A stretch of 64,000 nt of DNA, from the NCBI RefSeq assembly GCF_006345805.1, contig NC_043022.1:9796001-9860000 (forward strand). The letters run 5' to 3'. The stretch is from Octopus sinensis. Lineage: Eukaryota. A model generated the notes under the pieces. That model was not told the origin of the DNA. It did not search any database and worked only from the letters and a program-made list of their open reading frames with translations. A program made the position numbers and the translations under genes. Positions 1-14,799 of the stretch are shown here, piece by piece; position 1 is the stretch's first letter; each line of letters begins with the position of its first letter.

Positions 1-1
1 A

Positions 2-37
<36 letters not shown>

Positions 38-217
38 CATATGTATATATATATATATATATGTATATATATACATATATGTATATATATACATATATGT
101 ATATATATATATATGTAATGTATATATATGTTATATATATATATATGTAATGTATATATGTATATATATATATAATGTATATATATGTATATATATATTA
201 TGTAATGTATATATATG

Positions 218-251
<34 letters not shown>

Positions 252-307
252 TATATAGTATATATATATATATATATGATATATATATATATATATGTAT
301 ATATATG

Positions 308-381
<74 letters not shown>

Positions 382-636
382 GTATATATTATATATATTA
401 TATATATATGTATATACATATATGTATAATATATATATATTATGTATATATATATATATATGTAATGTATATATATGTATATATATATATGTATGTATAT
501 ATATGTATATATATGTAATGTATATATATGTATATATATATGTATGTATGTATATATATGTATATATATATATATGTATATATATATATTATATATATGT
601 ATATATATATATATTATATATATATATATATGTATA

Positions 637-694
<58 letters not shown>

Positions 695-960
695 TATGTA
701 TATATATATATATGTGTATATATATGTATATATAATATATATGTATATACATATATGTATATATTATGTATATATATATATATAATATATGTATATATAT
801 TATATATATTATATATATATATATATATGTATATATATACATGTATATATATATATATATGTATATTATATATATATATGTATGTATATATATATATATG
901 TATATATATGTATGTATGTATATATATGTATGTATGTATGTATATGTGTGTGTGTGTGTG
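1..960. repeat. (AT)n/(ATGT)n compound microsatellite
   Basis: Almost pure AT/ATGT repeats; source of the spurious I/Y-rich ORFs. Confidence 0.95.
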
Positions 961-1273
961 CCAATCGACTTATTCTGTGTGTGTGTTGAGAGTTGGTTTT
1001 CAGAGAAATTTCACAAAGAACTTAATATAATTATTATCATTATTATTATTATTATTATTGTTATTTTTTTTTGTTTGGTTCTTGAAAAATCGAAAAACAT
1101 TAAAAAAAATAATATTTTAAAACAAAAAAAAATGTAATAACAGAACCAAAAAAAAAGAGAAAAAAAAACGAAGCCCCTTCCCTAAAACCCAACAAATTTC
1201 TTTAATTTCAATTTGTAAATCGGAAAAAAACCCCGCGCTTTGTTGTTGTTATTTGTTGTTGATGATCATGATG

Positions 1274-1332
<59 letters not shown>

Positions 1333-1675
1333 ATTATTGTTGTTAGTGACTTGTGGGTTGGCAGAGTCTATAGATCAGTGAAAACAATAAAACGCCCTGT
1401 GGCACTTGTTCCAAATTTTTACATTCTCAATTCACATTGCACCAAGGTCACCGTGGTGAATTTTTGCCTTTCATCCTATCGGGGTTCTTCAATAAAATTA
1501 AAGTACCAGTCAAATACTGGTGTGAATATGATTAAATGTTTCTCCCCTCCCCGTTCGACGAATCCTATGGTACCTACACATATATTTTCTCCAGGAACCT
1601 GGAGACTATGTCATCGACATATTATTTTGTCTTTATTTTTGGAAGACTTGGTAGAATGACAGACGAGAAATGATA

Positions 1676-1988
1676 CAACTATCCTCGTTTATCGCGAGTG
1701 TTTGGTTAAAAATGCGAAAAAAAAAACGTGTTAAATGAAGCAGCGATAAATGAACAATAGAACGTATGGGAGAAAATACTTCCGTTCTGAGGCCACCCCC
1801 AAATTGTGCTTAGCATTGTGTGTGGTCGCTGGGGTGCAGTTTTTCAGTCCAATCAGAATCTTCGAGTTATTACCGACCCCTTTTGTCACAGATAAATTTG
1901 TGATAAGCGTAATTGTTCACAATAAGAGCACCGTGTTATCCTATCCTATATCAGTGAAAGATGAATCAGCGATAAATGAGGCAACATG
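1676..1988. mobile_element. Tc1/mariner(pogo)-type MITE
   Basis: Imperfect TIRs CAACTATCCTCGTTTATCGC ... GCGATAAATGAGGCAACATG, flanked by TA at 1674-75 and 1989-90. Confidence 0.55.
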
Positions 1989-2733
1989 TATTTAGTTGCA
2001 GCCCTTTAAGTTCTACATTCGGTGTTTTTTTTTTCCTTAATTGGAAAAATCGTCAAGAGCCTCAGTGATATACTTGCGGTATTACGAAACCTGATGACCT
2101 GAGTTCATTTTCTGTCAAGATTAGCAGAGTCATTAAAGCGTCGACCAAAGAGTTGCGACGAGAGCGTTTACATTCTGAGTTCAAATCCGACCAAGGTCAA
2201 CCATGCCTTTTTATTTTTTTTTATTTTTTGGGGAATCAAAGAAATACAGCACCAGTCACGTGCTGTGTTTAGCTTAATCATCCGTACACTTCACCCAAAC
2301 TTCTGACCTCGTGCCTGTGTTACAAACTATATAATTATTTCAGTGAAATAGCTAGGGCGGTGCCCGTGCTCTTTGCAGGCCCTCCTGCAGGTATACAGAA
2401 TTTTATAATTTCTTTGCTGCACCAACGTGTAGAGAATTAACGTGCGTGTGTATATGTCTACATGTGTGTATGTGTGTGAGTGTGTGTGGGGAGCTGTTTG
2501 CAATCGACAATAATAATAATGATAATAGTTGTAGTAATAGTAGCAATAGTCGTAGCAGTGGTGGTAGTCGTAGTCTCATCTTCCTACTCTGCATGGGGAG
2601 GACCTTTCCGTATTATTGGTGCTTGTTTTTTTTTTTATTATAAACTCTGGAGAATATAAAGATGGCGTTGACTTGTATGTGTGAACAGTTATGTGCTGAA
2701 GTTAATCTAGGGTTGATATTCTTCTATCCCGCT

Positions 2734-2771
<38 letters not shown>

Positions 2772-3088
2772 CCCTCTGTCTCTCTCTCTCTCTCTCACGT
2801 TTTTACCAATCTCTCTTGCTGTAGTAATGAATAATACAAATAAAAAAAATATTTATAATAAAAAAAAATATATTAATAATTATTATTATTATTAATAATA
2901 ATAATAATAACAATAATGATAAAAATTGTAATGATGAACAATGATTATCAACAACAACAACAATAATGATAATAATAGTGTTGATGGTTGTGGTGATGGT
3001 GATGATGATAATGATGATGATGACGGTGGTTTGGATTATAAAATTAATAAAAATGTTAAATCTCAAATAAATACAAATGGAAATTATA

Positions 3089-3153
<65 letters not shown>

Positions 3154-3668
3154 ATTAACATGTATTTAATTTGTCTCTTTTTTGAATAATAGAAAATTAT
3201 TTGTTGAAATTGTTATATGTTTTTGTTATTAAGCCGACCAGTTTCCTAAAAAGCTGGGCGGGAGATGATATTTTTATATGCTCAGGGTGATTTTCTTTTA
3301 AATTTGGAAAACACTCCTACATTCGAAAAATGATAAAAGTGGCATCGCGACGGAGTGTACATACGTCTGCTGTTCAGACATACCTTCCTCTTCATACCCC
3401 ACAGTAGATCCAACATGTAGCCGTGAGGATAAACATGTAGCATTCAAGATATCAAGATCGGGGTTTCAGCTCTTGAGCAAAACACACCATTTCACGTTGC
3501 TCTCCGATGAGTTCGACATCTGACGTGTCGCTCACTGCGCACCAGTACAACAGGCAAAGCCGATTTGATGGAGGGCGTAAGCTGATGCACATCACAAGTA
3601 TCTGGTCACTATAAACAAATCATCCGTGCAGGAAACCTCCCCTGTCATTTCCTGTCAAAAATATCCTA

Positions 3669-4085
3669 TATTTCTTTACTGCTCAAAAGGGGCTACACAC
3701 AGAGGGGACAAACAAGGACAGACAAAGGGATTAAGTCGATTACATCGACCCCAGTGCGTAACCGGTACTTAATTCATCGCCCCCGAAGGGATGAAAGGCA
3801 AAGTCGACCTCGGTGGAATTTAACTCAAAATGTAACGGCAGACGAAATACCCATTTCTTTACTACCCACAAGGGGCTAAACACAGAGGAGACAAACAAGG
3901 ACAGACAAAGGGATTAAGTCGATTACATCGACCCCCAGTGCGTAACTGGTACTTAATTTATCGCCCCCGAAGGGATGAAAGGCAAAGTCGACTTTGGCGG
4001 AATTTGAACTCAGAAGGTAGCGACAGACGAAATACCTCTAAGCATTTCGTCCGGTGTGCTAACGTTTCTGCCAGTTCGCCGCCTT
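3669..4085 (-). mobile_element. tRNA-derived SINE family A, head-to-tail dimer
   Basis: Minus-strand head with B-box-like GAGTTCAAATTCC; the body recurs many times in the window; the second unit restarts at GTATTTCGTC. Confidence 0.8.
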
Positions 4086-4533
4086 CCTGTCAAAAGAATT
4101 CTAGTCGCAACAGCAACAGTGAGAGTAAGAAGCACGATGACAGCAACATTAACACCATCAGTAAAAACAATAAGAAAACCACAGCAATGAGAAAAGCCAG
4201 GATTGAGGAGACATGGGTTACGAACAGGAGTGACACCGCTTAAAGAAACACCTTCACCTCCAAAACCATTTCAATTAACTCCCACCACCACCACCACCAC
4301 TAATGCAAAACCATCCTTTCGGGGTCGATAAATTGAGTACCAGTGAAATTCTGGGGTGAGGGGTCGATGTAATCGACTAGTCCCCTCCCATAAAATTTCA
4401 GGCCTTGTGCCTATAACACAAAGGATTATTATCCCCAAAATGTGACAATTCTAAGAAATAAAACCGCTAGAAAAAGGTCCCTAAGTATGAGCGCGTGGAC
4501 CAGCGGTTTGCCAAGGACTTAACATTGTTGGTT

Positions 4534-5140
4534 CTACGATGCTGTGGTCCAAAAAGCTGCTGGCGTTACGTTCATGCCATGGATAAGGTTCGCGTTATTT
4601 GAGTAGCAGAGATCCAATATGTTACTCTTGGTTAGCTGGGGTATCCTTTGCTCCACGAACAGCAGAATAGAAAGTTGGCGTAATGATTCCACTTGCCTTT
4701 GTTCATGTAGTAACATCCCACAGAAGATGTGGCCTTCAGGCCATTTAACATTTGGTAGGTTGAAGTCACCCAAGATGAGTTTATTGATGTGTTGGTCCAG
4801 GTTTGTCAATAACCTTTTTATGTGTCAGAGACTGACCTCAAATTTCGCATGTTTCGAGGCAGCATTGGTCGATATGTTGTGCATACAAGTACATCGATGT
4901 GCTTTGTATGTATTATTAAAGAGTGACAAACCGAGAAAGAATTTGACGACAGTAGTAGGGATTACATCCTGGGGTATGAGAAGGCCAGAATTTGGGTCCG
5001 TTGAAGACGTAGAAATACTCCGACAACCACTACTAACTCTTCTCGGAGAAGAGAAGGTAAATCAAGGAACCGAATCCTGCTGCTACACATATGGCCTTCC
5101 AGAAGAAATCCTCCCCAGCCAGGGATTGACCACAGTCTCC
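4534..5140 (-). mobile_element. CR1/L2-like LINE endonuclease remnant
   Basis: Translation LILGDFNLPNVKW...NILDLCYSN matches the APE GDFN and LDL motifs. Confidence 0.6.
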
Positions 5141-5142
5141 AG

Positions 5143-5790
5143 TACTTACTTACTTGTACTTGTGACGGCGTTCACCCAGGGCGGGTTGAGCCGGCTTCTT
5201 CTCTGGCCCTAACGGCATCACGAACCATGGCGGCCCACGCTCGATGGTCCCATGCGAGGTCACTGGAGAAAACGAGCCATTCGCGGTTCCATCTGCGCAG
5301 ACCGACCACCTGTGGACCTGAGAGTTCGGAGAGGTCCTCCTTTATCCTCGTTACCCAGGTCTTCAGCTGTCTGCCCGTGCGTTTGCGCCAGCTGGGAAGT
5401 GCAGGCGTGAGGAGGACATCGCGAATCAGCTCATACAAACATAGTCTCCAGTAGCCTCACACAACCGTGTGAATCAAGCCTACCATCCTGTCGAATGATG
5501 TGGGACAGCATGAAGTCACCCTCACTGGAAACCCACCCAAATACATCTACAGTTTTGGGGAACTTGGTTTTTATGATGTCTGCGTTACGCCTTACAACCT
5601 TTACACGGTGCACAGGGCATTGGGAAGCAGTCATGATGTTGGCATTTCGATGTTCGGCGTGAACAGCATTCCGGTCCTTCATGTCAGTTAAGTTTTTCTC
5701 AACTGCAAGTTTAATCTTTATACTCTTCGGGGCCGTTGACTTGTTACAACTACAGCAAGCTGTTCCTGAAAACGGAGACACAGAACTCAT
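5143..5790 (-). mobile_element. RTE-clade LINE 3' fragment with CAAGTA tail
   Basis: ORFs 5431..5790 and 5172..5438 (WRKRTGRQLKTW...RAWAAMVRDAV) resemble an RTE C-terminus; ends in CAAGTACAAGTA. Confidence 0.7.
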
Positions 5791-5794
5791 TCTT

Positions 5795-6101
5795 TGTAAG
5801 CCTAGTACTTATCTGATCGATCTCTTTTGCCGAACCGCTAACTTACGGGGACGTAAACACGCCAAGATCGGTTGTCAAGCGATGGTGGGGAGACAAACAC
5901 AGACACAGACACACACACACAAACATATATGTATATATATATGACGGGCTTCTTTTGTTTTCGTCTACGAAATCCACTCACAAGGCTTTGGTCAGCCCGA
6001 GGCTATAGTAGAAGACACTTGCCCAAGGTGCCATGCAGAGGGACTGAACCTGGAAACAGGTGGTTGGGAAGCAAGCTTCTTACCACACAGCCACTCCTGC
6101 T
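5795..6101 (-). mobile_element. tRNA-derived SINE family B with internal microsatellite
   Basis: Head GCAGGAGTGGCTGTGTGGTAAGAAGC...GGTTCAGTCCC, internal AT/GT tract, 3' half; homologous to 17104, 28272 and 43366. Confidence 0.75.
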
Positions 6102-6584
6102 ACGTGTCGTAAAGCCGAAAAAAATGCTGCCCAGGCATGAAGGTTTGGAGGAAGGGAAGTCGATTACATCGATCCCAGTGTCTAACTGGTACTTATTTTA
6201 TCGACCCCGAAGGGATAAAAGGCAAAGCAGGCACTGGCAGTATTTGAACTCAGAGCATATAGCCGGAAGAAATGCTTCTCAGAATTTTATCTGGCGTGCT
6301 AAAAATTGTGTCAGCTCACCGCATTAGTAATGATAATAATAATAATAATAATAATAAGAGCATCTTTCATCCTATCGAAAGTTAGGTACTGGTGTTGATG
6401 GTATTCCTCTGATTGTCCCTCCTCATTGCTTCGTTAGTTCTCTCCATGCCATGCAGCACATAAGACCATCAGAGCATAAAAAAAAAAACACAGCACATAT
6501 CTAAGGTACACAGAACCGCGCTCGGTAGTGAAGTGAAAGCACGCTATAAAAATAAAACTACTGAATAATAATAATAATAATAAT

Positions 6585-7017
6585 ATGTTAGTTGTTTGAC
6601 CTTAACCAGTTGAGCATGTCCCTTAGTGGCTGACGATATGTGCATCTCTGATCACGAGCAGAAGTAGTGGGGGAGCATCATAGCCATGTGTTGAGAAGGA
6701 TTCCTTGGGGTTTGAATAATTCACCTCTGGAAACATGGGTGTTTCGTTCAACGTCCTTAAACAACCCTTATTCAGGGACCTTTTGAACGGGATGGGTTAC
6801 TCGATCTGAAGAAAATTCTAACTGGGCTCCACCTGCAAGGTCATGTGCTGTTTATCTTGATATGAGATCACCATGTCGCGCACATATGGTTGTGATGCAT
6901 GTGCCTGGTGTACCCTTATCAGACAGGTAGTCATGATGGGTATACTGGGCTTCGTATAGTTTATCCCAGTGTCACTTTGACGGCATGCACTGCTCTCTCA
7001 CTCAATAATAATAATAA
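6585..7017 (+). mobile_element. Dispersed retroposon family C ending in (AAT)n
   Basis: Highly similar to 32040-32612 (+), 32735-32912 (-) and 53995-54485 (-); (AAT)n tail. Confidence 0.75.
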
Positions 7018-7039
7018 TAACAATAATAATAATATTCGT

Positions 7040-7540
7040 TTCTACTAAAGGCACAGGGCCTGAAATTTGGTGGGAGGAGATGTATCGATTATATCGACCC
7101 CAGTGTTTCAATGGTACTTGATTTATCGACCCCCAAAAAATAAAAGGCAAAGCCGACTTTGGCGGAATTTGAACTCGGAACGTAAAGGCGGACGAAATGC
7201 TGCTTAGCGTTTCGCCCGGCGTGCAAATAATTCTTATTTTTTACTACCCACAAGGGGTTAAACATAGAGGGGACAAACAAGGACATACAAAGGGATTAAG
7301 TCGATTACATCGACCCCAGTGTGTAACTGGTACTTATTTAATCGACCCCGAAAGATTGAAAGGCAAAGTCGACCTCGGTGGAATTTGAACTCGGAACGTA
7401 AAGGCGGACGAAATGCTGCTTAGCGTTTCGCCCGGCGTGCGAATAATTCTGCCAGCTCACCGCCTTAACAACAACAACACAAACAACAATAAACTGCCGC
7501 GATACATTTTGTCTGGTGTGCTAACGGTTCTGCCGGCTCT
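7040..7540 (-). mobile_element. SINE family A multimer
   Basis: Two to three nested or tandem family A units. Confidence 0.75.
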
Positions 7541-7706
7541 CCGTAATAACAACAACAACAACAACAGCAACAAATAAAACAGCAGCCACGAATGAATGAA
7601 CTCCTATGCTAACCCGATATCCTATATACGTAGCCTCGATACAAAGCGAAACAAAAATGTCTTATTCAGCCTTAATTAAAGATGGGCTCCTAATTTAGCT
7701 ATTGAA

Positions 7707-7821
7707 TTTCCGGCGGCCATTCCACTTCCGGTTTAGCTTTTCTCTCCGTACAATAAGTCTTTTTGGTGGCCGTGTTCTAATGTCTGGCTATACCATGTGA
7801 TTAACGAATTCAACCAATCAG
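7707..7821. promoter_or_regulatory. Candidate housekeeping-type promoter (ETS, YY1-like, NF-Y motifs)
   Basis: CACTTCCGG at 7723-31 (ETS CCGGAAGTG on -), GGCGGCCATT at 7712-21 (YY1-like), CCAATCAG at 7814-21, all in non-repeat sequence. Confidence 0.35.
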
Positions 7822-8241
7822 TCGGCCGACCGGCCAGCCAACCAGCCAGCCAGTGTTTCCCTTTAATTCAATATAAAAATATTAATAATGCTTTCATTTC
7901 CGTAAGAAGACGTTCTATACCAATACTGGCAGGGACCACACACACACACACACGCACGCACACACACACGCACGCACACACACACACACCACACGCACGC
8001 ACGCACGCATATACATACATACCAACATACATACCAACATACATAGAGGTATACGTGCATCCATAAATACACACATACGCATTCATACATGTGTGTGTGT
8101 GTGTGTAATATATATGTATATATTTATATATATATGTATATATATATACACATACGCTCACAAACATGAACAAATAAATGATTATCTATAAATATGCAAA
8201 TAATATATATTCATAGGTATATCCACACATATAAATACATT

Positions 8242-8273
<32 letters not shown>

Positions 8274-8360
8274 CTTGACTAGTGCATCTATCTATATATA
8301 TATATATATATCTGTATATATATATGTATATATATATGTATATATCATATGCATACACAC

Positions 8361-8394
<34 letters not shown>

Positions 8395-9021
8395 CTCATA
8401 TGCATATAAATGTATATATATATGCATACGAGCATAAACACGCATAACTAATTGTATACATACAAATATGTTTGCATACCAAGGGATACATAGATACACA
8501 CACTCACATATACACACGCAAACACAAACACATACATATATACATACACGCACATATGTATACACACACACAATCACACAGACACACACTTATATAAATT
8601 CGTACATACATACATATAATACACACATATAATGCAGGCAGGCTCAGACAAAATACAAATATAGAGAAAGAGAATATTATGGAAATATCGCAAGACAAAG
8701 AACTGATTCTTTTCCAAGTAGGTTATGGCTAAATGTCTTTGATGTCTGAGGGTAAATAGTTGGCCGTGTTTGTTTGACCCATTCAATATTCTATATTGAA
8801 CACTAAGTATTATATTATTATTTCTGGGAGATCTATGAGGCCTATCGTATATATATATATATAATAATTATATATTATATTTATGTAATTTACGTATATG
8901 TATATACATATATATATTTACATATATTAATTATATATATTATATATGATATATATGTAATTTACGTATATATAATTTATAGATACATCTCCCTCTCTCT
9001 CTCTCTATATATATATATATT

Positions 9022-9055
<34 letters not shown>

Positions 9056-9722
9056 ATCATGTTTATACATATATACGTACATATATATATATATATATAT
9101 ATACACACACCACACAAGAACTGATATATATATATATAAAATATACATATAAACACACAAACATATATACACGCGCATATATATACACAAACATTAATAC
9201 ACACACATTCACAAACACACATATATATATACAACCACATACGTATACACAAACATATAAATACTTTTTTAATTATATACGATATATATGTGTAAACTAC
9301 GTATATATATGTAATATATGTATACACACAGACACAGACACATATATATATATAGACACACTCGCAGACATAACCTCACTCACATACACATATATGTACG
9401 CAAACCTGCTTGTGGTGCATGTCGGCTTAATTTAAACAATTACATTCATGTTAGACCAATGGGATTATCAAATCTCTATTCAGTATAATTATGCTTAATA
9501 TAATTATAAGTGTTTAAACTATGTTTTATTCAGTGAGCGTATACTGGTTTGGATATATAAATAGCTTAATATATTGTGTGTGTACACGTGTGTGCGTATA
9601 TATAAATGTGTATGCATATATAAAATCTATGTGTATGCATTTGTGCATCTGAATTTCTATATATTTTTATATACACTGGCGGTGCCCTAGCATTGCCACA
9701 GTCTCAGGGCTGAAAAATATAA

Positions 9723-9901
<179 letters not shown>

Positions 9902-10029
9902 GAGCAAAATGCCCCCCGTCCAATGGACGGTGCTGAGTTGTCCGACCGTCCCATAGGCCTCCCCTTTGAGAAACACTGATTTAACCTAAATTTGAGACAC
10001 CAGCAAAAGAAGAAATATAGATAGACTTT

Positions 10030-10235
10030 TTTTTCTATTCCAAAGAAAAATTATTTCCCACGGCTTTATCGATCACATTCTCACCTGGAATCGATTTTTG
10101 TAATTCTTTCAAGACTTATACACGTCCTGATACCATCGGTATCTACATATCAAATTTGAGCGCAATCGGATGGAAGATGCCCAAGATCCTAGAAGACACA
10201 CACAGAGACAGACCGAACGGATTTTATATAATAGA
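10030..10235 (-). mobile_element. Non-autonomous Helitron-like 5' end
   Basis: Minus strand starts TCTATTATATAAAATCCGTTCGGTCTGTCTCTGTGTG, same architecture as the 5' end of the 55832-56220 element; no 3' CTAG end found. Confidence 0.4.
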
Positions 10236-10928
10236 TATATATATTTTTTAATTTTATTATTTTTTTTTATTTTATCTAGTTTCAGCTCACGAGCTGTGGC
10301 CATGCTGGGCACCGCCATTTATATATATATAAATTCCAAATACGGAACAAGAACGTAACGGACGACAATAAAAACATATGGACAGTGGGACGATACAAAG
10401 ACAGACAGGAAAAACCAGGACGGATCATTCGTGGCCCTCTGTTCATCAGTCAAGCTTCCAATTATCATTGCAGTTTCGGCCTGTTACACTTAAGACTGTT
10501 CAAAATTGGTAGGCCGCCAAAATCTAATCTAAGAGCATTAAATTTTTTGGAATTTTTTGGAATAAAGCAAGCAAATGAGTACGACAACACAGGCGTAAAA
10601 AAAAAACGAGAAAACGGAGAAAATGTTACAAGATTACAAATAAACATACCTGTAAGTATCCCTATGTAAATAAATGCATGTGTGTTTGTGTTTTCACGCA
10701 TACACATGCCTCGAAAAATTGCAAGGCGAAGTCGACCTCAGCGGATATATATATATATATTATTTGACTTCATTATTTGACACTGAATTATTGGAAGTCC
10801 ACCTGAAGATTGTCGATCAAGGCAAGAAACGATTGTAGTGGCGGTTTTTTTGACTATTTATTAAAATTTTATGTATTGATTAAGTCTTTCCTTGTTTGTT
10901 TTGCAAAATAGTGGTTTTGTCTCGAATA

Positions 10929-10976
<48 letters not shown>

Positions 10977-11043
10977 TGCATGCGTATAATGTCAGAACCA
11001 AATATATACTTGTGTGTGTGTGTATCTCTCTCTCTCTCTCTTT

Positions 11044-11105
<62 letters not shown>

Positions 11106-11269
11106 ATATATATATAGGCAAGGAAAAATTATAAAAAGGCAGAATGAGGTAAATTTTAATGAAAATGGGTGTATGGAAAAAATTTAAAAAAAAAAATATA
11201 CATCAATTCGACTCGAGTTTCTGGGTATTGACCGGTCATCGGCGTGTGACAATCACAGTTGTATATATA

Positions 11270-11289
11270 CACATATATATATATAGTAT

Positions 11290-11323
<34 letters not shown>

Positions 11324-11332
11324 TATAGGTAT

Positions 11333-11397
<65 letters not shown>

Positions 11398-11510
11398 TAT
11401 GTATATATAACATATATATATATTATATATAATATATATAATAGTATAATTATATACATATATGATTATAGGTATGTATATATACATATATATATATATC
11501 GAGGTATGTA

Positions 11511-11550
<40 letters not shown>

Positions 11551-11585
11551 ATATACATATATATATATATTATATAGATATTAGG

Positions 11586-11618
<33 letters not shown>

Positions 11619-11710
11619 CTATATATATATATATATATATATATAGTATGTATATATATATATTACATATAATATTATATATATATATCGGTATGTATAT
11701 TACCTATATA

Positions 11711-11743
<33 letters not shown>

Positions 11744-11744
11744 A

Positions 11745-11775
<31 letters not shown>

Positions 11776-12420
11776 ATATATACCTATATATAATATAGGT
11801 ATGTATATATACATATATATATATAGGTATGTATATATACATATATATATATTATGTATATATATATATTATAGATATATATATATATATATAGGTATGT
11901 ATATATACATATATATAGCTATGTATATATACATACATACATATAATATATATATATATATATATAGGTATGTATATATACATATATATATATAGGTATG
12001 TATATATACATACATATATATATATATATCCGTGTGTACATATATATATCCGTGTGTACATATAGGTATGTATATATCTACATATATATATATAGGTATG
12101 TATATATACATACATATATATATAATAATCCGTGTGTACATATTATATCCGTGTGTAAATATAGGTATGTATATATACATTAAATATATATATAGATATA
12201 TATATATGTATATAAATATATATATAGATACATATATAGTATATATATATAATATATATAGGTATATATTTTACATATATATATACACATATATATAGGT
12301 ATGTATATATAATATATATATATACATGTATATATATATATAAACCACACATAATATATGTATATATACATGTGTGTGTGACTGCGTGTGTATGTATGTA
12401 TACATGTACATATATGTACA
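11270..12420. repeat. AT-rich minisatellite (ATAGGTATGTATATATACAT core)
   Basis: Repeated ATAGGTATGTATATATACAT core and four ATCCGTGTGTA units. Confidence 0.85.
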
Positions 12421-12969
12421 CACGGATATATATTTATTCATAAGTGTAGAGTAAAAACAATAAAGAAACCGAAACGAGTTATTTTAACGGTGAAACGGAA
12501 CAAATTGTATGGAAGGACATCTCGGAAGAAATTACGTAACACCACAAGATTGACTTCAGGAAAAGGTGTCTCGATTAGACTCTTACCCTAATTAAATTCT
12601 GTCGATCATATACTGCTGTCAGCTAAATTGCGCATGCGCAAAAACACATATACACACGCACATCCATAGACTGATGTAGATTGATACACACATACACGTA
12701 CATACACTGGGTCTGGCGTAGATATGCAATTATGGACGGTTAATAGGCCAATAGAATATAATTTATTGCTATCAGAGTTAATTCTTTCAGCTTCTATATA
12801 CACACACACACGCATATATATACATAGTATATAGTTTAAAGTATATTGAATGATTTTGTCGATGAGCATTCGGGCACTTTTATATACGTGTACACTTATA
12901 ATGCAAATACTTATGCACATACACACACAGAAACACATATTGCATACATACACAAACACACGCACACAT

Positions 12970-13002
<33 letters not shown>

Positions 13003-13025
13003 CGTGTGTATAAGCATATACATGC

Positions 13026-13058
<33 letters not shown>

Positions 13059-13438
13059 ATAAATATAAGAGAGTGGTCACTATATGGCTCACTCTAGCAC
13101 TAGTTAATCCAAAAGGTTTCAACCACAAAAAATACATGTTTCCCATGAAAGTCAGTACGATTGTTAGCTCACACGGACAGGGCAAATAAAAAATAACAAA
13201 AATACAGATTATTTTGGGACAATTGTTTCGCTATTAATGAATTAAATGTAATTTTACTTACAAAAAAATCCACTTGTAGCTCGTCAGCCAAAACTATCTG
13301 GATGAAATCCACTCAATCACACGCCAGATTTTACCATAACGATAAATACACGTGTGGTTCAATTGATTACATCCGACGTTATAATTCAAATGCCCCAACT
13401 AACAGCGCGCCAAACTTTCACGGAAAACAAATACTGCA

Positions 13439-13491
<53 letters not shown>

Positions 13492-14552
13492 ACTCACACA
13501 CATACCTGTGTGTAATATGCCCATACATGCAAACACACATACATTTGTGTGTGTGAGTATATATATATATACTCATACATATATAAAAGTACATATTATT
13601 AGAAACCGTTATATATATATATATATATTATATATATATATATAATATTATATATATATATATATATAAATGTGTGTGTATGTTTATGCTCATATATAAA
13701 TAGATAGATACGCATCATTCATACGTACGCACAGACACATATATACACTACCTCTATTAAATCATTATCCCGAATTAGACGGACACGAAATAGGCCTCGG
13801 AAGCCGTAAGTATGCCACGATATACGAAATTAGTTTCTATCAAGGCTAATGGGCATCCCATTGTTAATCCATCCAGTTGTTGTGAATATAGATGCATCTC
13901 TTGACCGTACATTGGCATGATTATTATTGTGCTATTATCACCTTTAATCCTCCTCTTCCTCCTCCTCCTCTATATTCGTTCTTCTCCCTTTTTTCGTTTA
14001 CTGTTCTTTTCCATTTTCATTCTGTTCCAAATATATTATCTCTTTTTCCTTTCATCTTTTCTCTGCTCAAACTTCTTTCTCTTTTTCTCAGATTTTTCTT
14101 TTATCTGTTTTAAGTATGTCAGTCACCCAGTTCTCTTCCTACATATGTATGTCTGTATGTATTTATGTATGTATGTCATTGTTCAGTTTTATTTCAAGAT
14201 TTCTTGCCAATAGAAAAAGAACCGGTTTCTCTCCCAGATCCAAGGCTCCTTCATTGGAATTTCAACTACATCAACAGGGTATTTTGTTTGTATGTGTGTA
14301 TGCTACTCCTGCTCTGTGACTTCAACTTACACACACATGTACATTTATGCAAACTACTATACACATACACCCCGAAAGCAGCCCTCTGTATATATATATA
14401 TATATATTTGCATATAAATTCATACGTGTATATATGTGCATGTATGTACATATATACACGTATGCATTTATATGCACGTATATACACGTATATCAATCAT
14501 TATCCCGAATTAGACGGACACTAAGTGAGTCTAGGAAACTTTCACATATGTG

Positions 14553-14612
14553 AAGGCGCGTGACTTAGTGGTTAGGGTATTTGGCTCACGAAATAAGGTT
14601 GCGAGTTCAATT
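14553..14612 (+). mobile_element. tRNA-derived SINE head fragment
   Basis: A-box-like TGACTTAGTGG and B-box GAGTTCAATTCC; no complete acceptor stem. Confidence 0.5.
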
Positions 14613-14799
14613 CCCGCGAGTTCAATACATAGACACATATTGCATACACATACATACACAACTTCTATTAACTCAATCATTATCCCGAATTCGACGGACA
14701 CTAAATGAATCTAGGAAACATTAAATATGTCACTATATACGAAATTAGTTTCTATCAAGGCTAATGGTTATCCTATTGTTAATCCATCTAGTTGCCGTG

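Noticed and set aside
150-1137. Long I/Y/C/V-rich ORFs here and at 8-12 kb, 29-31 kb and 37 kb
   Set aside because: Translations of AT/GT microsatellites.
2344-2390. 47-nt AG/GT-bounded open segment (EIARAVPVLFAGPPA)
   Set aside because: Too short, no recognisable homology, no linked exons.
2403-2594. ORF with a signal-peptide-like poly-Leu
   Set aside because: The Leu run derives from a CTA/TTA microsatellite; no convincing donor; it continues into CA repeats.
14553-14612. tRNA gene
   Set aside because: A and B boxes only, no cloverleaf; SINE-derived.
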